A stretch of 11,305 nt of DNA from an uncultured archaeon (lineage in GTDB: Archaea > Asgardarchaeota > Lokiarchaeia > Sigyniarchaeales > SOKP01). Position 1 is the first letter of the stretch, and the number at the start of each line of letters is the position of its first letter. Below the pieces are notes generated by a model. The model saw nothing but the letters and a program-made list of their open reading frames with translations. It was not told the origin of the DNA and ran no database searches. The position numbers were made by a program, and so were the translations under genes. Shown in pieces: positions 6,717 through 11,305 of the stretch. The stretch lies in the NCBI GenBank assembly GCA_964388035.1, contig CAYLZE010000134.1:1563-12867 (forward strand), read 5' to 3'.

Positions 6717-7745
6717 TTAGTATAACCTCATGAATGCGAAACTGTAATAAATCACACCTGCAAAAATCGCTGCGATCGGAAACGTTAAAAACCAATATAT
6801 CGCCATTTTTCCTAATCCTTTATAATCAACCTGTTTCTTTTGAGCTAAATTTAGTCCAAGAATGGAAAAAACAATCACATGGCTGTGGGAGATAGGGAGC
6901 GCTAGTAAAGTACAAATCATTAAAATGATAGCAGAAGACAATTGAATGATAAAACCTTCGCTAGGCCTCGCCTCTGTCATGTGACTTGCTAAATTTTTAA
7001 TCACAAATCTTCCTACCATAAAAATCCCCAAAAATACAAAAATGCCACAGATGACCACGAAGAAATAATATTGCTGTAAGGTCAACGATTGATTATCATA
7101 CATTCCATAAAAAATTCCGATGCATTCCGCAGAATTTGCGCCCACCCATAGCTCAGCAAAAATGACTGCAATAAGGAGGAGCCACCTAAATCTTTTTTCC
7201 GAATGTTCAATCTTATCCAGACCTTTCAATCGAGATAAAAAAAGCTTAGCCATTACAGTAAAAAGGGAAAAAGTAATTAATAGTCCAAATAGCGGTGATA
7301 AAAACCAACCAATAACCACATTTGTAAGCTTTGTATAATTGAAAGCATATTGCACGTCGAAATCCCCGTGAAGAAATGTATATACAATAACAACACCGAA
7401 GATACTTCCGACCGTACTATGAGTCGAACTCAACGGAATCCCGGCCAAGCTTCCGATTATAAGCCACAAAATGCTACTAACCAATACAGCTAATAGCATG
7501 TATGTTGTATATTTAATCCCTGGACCTAAGATGTCTGCACCGACGGTTTTTCCTACTCCACTGCTAAAGAAAATTATACCAAGTCCCGCAGCAAGACCCC
7601 CGGCTAATAGAGCGAATCGAAATTTTAATATCCCCGATCCTACCAATGGTGCCAAGGTTTCATCATTTGCCCCAATTGAAAACGCAAGAGAAACGCCCAT
7701 TATTATTAGAACATAAAGAATGTCAAAAACGAATTCTTCCGACAT
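6717..7745 (-). CDS. PiT (PHO4) family anion/inorganic phosphate transporter, divergent signatures
   Basis: About 10 hydrophobic segments. N-terminal repeat: IGAND...VGSG, VGKTVG, GIPLSSTHS. Also GWFLSP. C-terminal repeat: VGANS, GRFVIKNLA, LPISHSH, WFLTFP. Flanked by DUF47 genes. Confidence 0.9.
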   Translation of the reverse strand: MSEEFVFDILYVLIIMGVSLAFSIGANDETLAPLVGSGILKFRFALLAGGLAAGLGIIFFSSGVGKTVGADILGPGIKYTTYMLLAVLVSSILWLIIGSLAGIPLSSTHSTVGSIFGVVIVYTFLHGDFDVQYAFNYTKLTNVVIGWFLSPLFGLLITFSLFTVMAKLFLSRLKGLDKIEHSEKRFRWLLLIAVIFAELWVGANSAECIGIFYGMYDNQSLTLQQYYFFVVICGIFVFLGIFMVGRFVIKNLASHMTEARPSEGFIIQLSSAIILMICTLLALPISHSHVIVFSILGLNLAQKKQVDYKGLGKMAIYWFLTFPIAAIFAGVIYYSFAFMRLY

Positions 7746-7765
7746 TGTTATCTTAGATGGTAAAT

Positions 7766-8428
7766 TTAATCGAAGATTAAATATTTAGTTGCAAGAAACT
7801 GTATGTATTCAGCGAAATCTTTAATATGATCTGCTAAAAGCATGATACCTTCTATGCAATCTTTAAGGTATACAAATGTTCTGGATAAATAATCCATGTC
7901 ATAATTCCAAAGTGTTTCTAATAATTTCCATTCCGCTTTTCTCATTTTTCTTCGCTCTTCCTTGATTGCTTCACAGAGATCTCGGGAATTCGTTAAATCA
8001 GATCCTATGAATTGAACAGCTGAGGCAATGTTCTCCGAGAGAAATTTCAATGATTTCAAAATATTTAGAATTTGAAGTTTAAAATTTTCATCTGGGAAGA
8101 TGACCCGATAGAGGAGAAGTTTGTGAGCAAGAAACTCTCCTATATTTTTTGTTTCATTAATCTTTCGGAAGACTTTTAATCGATCGGCTTTAGAAAACAT
8201 TAATTTGGATTTAAATATCTTGGATTCAAAGGTTTTTTTCGTCATTTCTTCTTTTGCTGTTTCAATGACGGTCTTTAAACTCTTTTTAAAATTATCAAAA
8301 TCCTCCTCTACTAAATATTCAATTCCTTGGATCAAGGTAGCGTTCTGTTCCTTTATTAGATTAGCAAATAAGTGAGTCAATTCATTGATATCTAGCTTTT
8401 GCAGGTCGGAACTATCCGGATTATCCAT
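7766..8428 (-). CDS. Divergent DUF47/PhoU-like helical protein
   Basis: 220 aa, all-helical, similar in size to DUF47. The C-terminus YLKDCIEGIMLLADHIKDFAEYIQFLA aligns with the DUF47 terminal helix, and MFSKADRLKVFRKIN aligns with the PxDRxD helix. It lies 20 nt upstream of the PiT gene. Confidence 0.7.
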   Translation of the reverse strand: MDNPDSSDLQKLDINELTHLFANLIKEQNATLIQGIEYLVEEDFDNFKKSLKTVIETAKEEMTKKTFESKIFKSKLMFSKADRLKVFRKINETKNIGEFLAHKLLLYRVIFPDENFKLQILNILKSLKFLSENIASAVQFIGSDLTNSRDLCEAIKEERRKMRKAEWKLLETLWNYDMDYLSRTFVYLKDCIEGIMLLADHIKDFAEYIQFLATKYLIFD

Positions 8429-8452
8429 ATCCTTAACACTTCTAAAAGTAAG

Positions 8453-8468
8453 TTTATATTATTTTTTC
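8453..8468 (-). promoter_or_regulatory. Putative BRE/TATA promoter of the DUF47*-PiT operon
   Basis: The minus strand reads GAAAAAAT-AATATAAA, with the TATA-like element 25-32 nt upstream of ATG8428. Confidence 0.4.
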
Positions 8469-8683
8469 TTTATATTCTCAATGAGTAATATAAATCCATT
8501 TATATTCAAAATAATTTATATCTTGTTGATAAATAATGTTTTTCCATTAATAAAAAAATCAAATTTTGCTTTTTTTTTAAGAAAAAGAAATAAAAAGAGA
8601 TTTTGAAAGCGATGTGCGAGACTTTTAACGAGCCAATTCAAATGTTGGGGTACAGTCTTTTTTTAAGCAACGTATAATCCCAT

Positions 8684-9061
8684 TTATTTAGCTAGAGCTA
8701 AATCTCTTGAATTTAAAGATTCTTGATTGTTAATAACACGCGCAACATTAAGGTCATAAAGAAATATTATCAAAAATCCTACTAGAAAAAAAATCAGGGG
8801 GATGAGGGCAAATGAAACTCGTATTCCTAACAACGCATTGGCAGATTGCACGTAAAGGCCAGGGATAAATCCTGTCGAAATGAATATGCCTGCAATAATT
8901 AAAGAAAGAAATATTGTGGGTATGATATTTATTATCGTAAAAATGATCGCTATTATAGTGCCTTCTTGTCTTTTATTAGACTTTACCACGATCTCGTCGA
9001 TCATATCTGCCATTAGAGGGAATATGAGTACTTGAGGAAAACCCATTCCAAGATACATCAA
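8684..9061 (-). pseudogene. 3' remnant (last ~3 TM helices) of a GPH-family (MFS_2, MelB/UidB-like) sugar:cation symporter
   Basis: PLMADMIDE...KRQEG is the GPH loop 10-11 motif, followed by TGF.PG...QS.NALLGIR...ALIP and YDL. Only 125 aa versus roughly 450 for a full carrier. There is an in-frame TAA four codons upstream of TTG9061, and only 89 nt separate it from the treT stop. Confidence 0.75.
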
Positions 9062-9136
9062 TAGTTTAAACTCTTAAAAATTTTAATCGAGATTTTTAAG
9101 CTCTTATCTATATTTAAAAAGAATAATAATTAAAAT

Positions 9137-9143
9137 AAAAAAA
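9137..9143 (-). terminator. Oligo-T terminator candidate after treT
   Basis: T7 followed by ATTTT on the minus strand, 7 nt after the treT stop. Confidence 0.4.
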
Positions 9144-9150
9144 GGATAAT

Positions 9151-10374
9151 TTAGAGTAATGAATTAAATAGATCTAGATACTTTTCTAAATGATTAATTA
9201 ACAAGAAATTATCTTTTACTTTTAAACGACCTTTTTTACCAATTTCTTTGGCTTCTTTAGGATGTTCAATCAGATATACAATTTTTTCTGCAGTTTCTTC
9301 AATGGTATTTACTAAAAACCCATTGATACCATCATCAATTTGGAGTTTTATTCCTCCCACATTTCCTCCGATTACGGGTGTTTCTTTCCATAAAGCTTCG
9401 GTAACAGTTAATCCAAATCCCTCTTTTATAGATTTTTGCAAAATTACATCAGAAATTCTTTGGAATGCATTTACTTCTCGATCATGAACTCCATCCAAGT
9501 TCGATAATGTTATAATATCGGGATCATCCTTGGAATAATTGTTAATTTTAGCAAGCAATTCTTGACCTTCCGGATCATCAAGCGCCAGACTTCCAACTAG
9601 AGCTAATCGCATGGGGGTGCTTTTTTTTGCTAATTTAAAAGCATCGATTACTCCGAGAGGGTCTTTCCATGGATCGAATCTCGACACTTGAGTGATTAAG
9701 GGTTTATCTAATTTCACGAACTGACCTACAATACTTTTTGCAGTTTCTTCATCCATATCTTGATTTTTAGGAGAGAATGGATCAATTGAAGGCGAGATTT
9801 GGAAAATAGGTTTATTAATTTTTCTTGGCAAATATTCCTTCATCGTGAATATGAGTGCATCATACATTTTAATATAAGGTTCTACTAAATCCCAAGCGGC
9901 TTCATTAGGATCGGAAGTATCAATATGACACCGCCAAATCCACTTTCCTTTTCGATTCACGGCGTGATTAATAATAGGACAAGGTTGAGGATCATGAATA
10001 ATGATAAAATCTCCTCGAGGCTTTAATTGCTCGAAAGATGCTTTGGCTTGTCCTAAAAAGATTTCTTTATCATTTTCAGAAAACTTTATCCTTTTATTTC
10101 CTTGTAGGGCATTATGCATGCGTTTACTTATTTCAAAAAATTGCTGAGATGCCGAAAATGCCTCCCAATTAGCATCTAAATTCAATTCCCTCATCAAGGG
10201 AACCATGTTTTGTAAAATCTCTGCTACGCCTCCTCCAAATTTTGTGGCATTAACATTGAATATTTTTTTATTTTTTAGGGGTTCAGCTTTTTCTCGAATT
10301 CTTTTTATTATATCTGTTCCAATTAACTTTTCGTATTTGTCGAGAATTTTTTTTGATTCAGACATTTTAACCAT
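9151..10374 (-). CDS. treT: Trehalose synthase TreT (GT4 glycosyltransferase)
   Basis: Diagnostic motifs VNATKFGGGVAEIL, HNALQG, IHDPQP, WIWRCHID, PSIDP, QVSRFDPWKDP, DDPEG, VNAFQR and QKSIKEGFGLTVTEALWK. Alternative start at 10365. Confidence 0.93.
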   Translation of the reverse strand: MVKMSESKKILDKYEKLIGTDIIKRIREKAEPLKNKKIFNVNATKFGGGVAEILQNMVPLMRELNLDANWEAFSASQQFFEISKRMHNALQGNKRIKFSENDKEIFLGQAKASFEQLKPRGDFIIIHDPQPCPIINHAVNRKGKWIWRCHIDTSDPNEAAWDLVEPYIKMYDALIFTMKEYLPRKINKPIFQISPSIDPFSPKNQDMDEETAKSIVGQFVKLDKPLITQVSRFDPWKDPLGVIDAFKLAKKSTPMRLALVGSLALDDPEGQELLAKINNYSKDDPDIITLSNLDGVHDREVNAFQRISDVILQKSIKEGFGLTVTEALWKETPVIGGNVGGIKLQIDDGINGFLVNTIEETAEKIVYLIEHPKEAKEIGKKGRLKVKDNFLLINHLEKYLDLFNSLL

Positions 10375-10395
10375 TTAATCTTTTATTTGTTTAAT

Positions 10396-10403
10396 TTTAT
10401 ATA
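10396..10403 (-). promoter_or_regulatory. Putative TATA box of treT
   Basis: TATATAAA on the minus strand, 22-29 nt upstream of ATG10374. Confidence 0.5.
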
Positions 10404-10501
10404 TTACGGTACGATTCCTAAACATACTCTTAGTTAACATTTCTTACTAGTTTTCAAATATCAACTACTTTCTAATTCCTTTTTTCACAAATTTCAATTA
10501 T

Positions 10502-10512
10502 AAAAAAAAAAA
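10502..10512 (-). terminator. Oligo-T (T11) terminator after the membrane protein gene
   Basis: An A11 run on + lies directly after the TAA stop of the 10513-10986 gene. Confidence 0.55.
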
Positions 10513-10986
10513 TTATTTATCTTTTAAATCTTCAAAAAATTCGTCATCCAATAGGGATGCTTTCTGTTGTTTTCTTTTATGGTTATAATGTAAATACAAT
10601 ATTATACCTATTATTGGGCCTATGATAAGGGCCGCAATAAGGAAAGAGGCAAAAAGCATCAAAAAATATCCATTTTGCAAGCCAATCGAAAATATAAACA
10701 ACGATATCATAAATGCAGTCATGGAAAGAGCAGAAAGAATTCCTCCAACGATACCTACCAAGAGTCCTATTCTAAGCAGATGATTTTGAGAAACCTCATT
10801 TCTAAGTGCAAATCTAGTACCGAAAAATGCTCCGAGGAATATTTGTATATCACCCGGCCATACAATTCCAATTATTAAGAAACCCAATGAAAGAAAAGCT
10901 ACAAAAGAAATAACGTCATTGATTAAAATCCCCGCTATAACATTATGATTTCTTGCAGATTGATATAAATTTCTTATAGATGACAA
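10513..10986 (-). CDS. Hypothetical ~4-TM membrane protein with charged C-terminal tail
   Basis: TTG start with GGTGA SD (10991-10995) 4 nt upstream. Gly-rich hydrophobic helices (GLLVGIVGGIL, IIGPIIGII), then a basic and acidic tail. It starts 18 nt after the ABC ATPase stop. Confidence 0.8.
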   Translation of the reverse strand: MSSIRNLYQSARNHNVIAGILINDVISFVAFLSLGFLIIGIVWPGDIQIFLGAFFGTRFALRNEVSQNHLLRIGLLVGIVGGILSALSMTAFMISLFIFSIGLQNGYFLMLFASFLIAALIIGPIIGIILYLHYNHKRKQQKASLLDDEFFEDLKDK

Positions 10987-11004
10987 TTTTTCACCGTTTT
11001 TTCA

Positions 11005-11304
11005 CTATTTTTCTTCGGGGGAATGTAACAAATTTAATTCGGTTTTTGCATCAAAAACATGAATGTAATTTTCGTCCCAAGATACATAAGCATCGTGACC
11101 CATTTTTCCAGGGTAAAATCCTTTATAGGCTGCCATTACGGAATATCCATCTGAGAATTCGAAAGTAACCATGGTTTCTGCTCCTAAGAATTCATGAACG
11201 TTAATTTTCACCTTGAAGGCTCCATTATGAGTTTCTGGTGTAATATTGATATGTTCTGGTCTTATTCCTAGAATAATTTCTTTGGAATTTGCTTTCGCAA
11301 TCTT
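11005..11304 (-). CDS. C-terminal regulatory (OB/TOBE) domain of a MalK/MsmX-type sugar ABC transporter ATPase (5' end outside window)
   Basis: The frame is open to the window edge: KIAKANSKEIILGIRPEHINI...VHEFLGAETMV...IHVFDAKTE. GIRPEH, ExLGxE and HxFD are MalK-family motifs. The listed 68-aa ORF is only its tail. Confidence 0.9.
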   Translation of the reverse strand, partial: KIAKANSKEIILGIRPEHINITPETHNGAFKVKINVHEFLGAETMVTFEFSDGYSVMAAYKGFYPGKMGHDAYVSWDENYIHVFDAKTELNLLHSPEEK

Positions 11305-11305
11305 A

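Noticed and set aside
6009-7716. Plus-strand ORFs 6009-6371, 7120-7338 and 7471-7716
   Set aside because: Antisense to the DUF47 and PiT genes, with no independent coding evidence.
8385-8606. 73-aa + strand ORF
   Set aside because: Low-complexity F/I/N/K translation of an AT-rich promoter region that overlaps the DUF47* start.
9248-11168. Plus-strand ORFs 9248-9487, 10675-10878 and 10980-11168
   Set aside because: Antisense shadows of treT, the membrane protein gene and the malK-like gene.
1-11305. CRISPR array, tRNA/rRNA or alternative genetic code
   Set aside because: No regularly spaced repeats or GC-rich structured RNA were seen. The genes translate full-length in the standard code and end mostly in TAA.

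Overview
AT-rich prokaryotic chromosomal window. It looks archaeal: TATA-like boxes lie about 25-30 nt upstream of starts, there is a GGTGA Shine-Dalgarno, oligo-T tracts follow stops, and treT is present. Style and gene content would fit an Asgard/Lokiarchaeia-type heterotroph, but that is inference only. Left to right it holds: a GH78 alpha-L-rhamnosidase entering from the left edge; a convergent 891-aa GH20 (GcnA/HexD-like) hexosaminidase with an extra C-terminal beta-sandwich; a + strand island (an unlisted 48-aa ORF, a 92-aa helical protein and a MenT/AbiEii-like nucleotidyltransferase) that looks like a toxin-antitoxin module; a minus-strand PiT-family transporter flanked by two DUF47/PhoU-like genes; a 3' remnant of a GPH/MFS sugar symporter; trehalose synthase TreT; a 4-TM membrane protein; and the 3' end of a MalK-type ABC ATPase. 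The most unusual signals are (i) the DUF47*-PiT*-DUF47 trio, where the transporter lacks the second signature Asp and one DUF47 paralog has basic residues in place of its acidic motifs, and (ii) the possibly three-gene MenAT-like island. No rRNA, tRNA, CRISPR or transposase was seen. All family assignments come from motif recognition by eye, not database searches.
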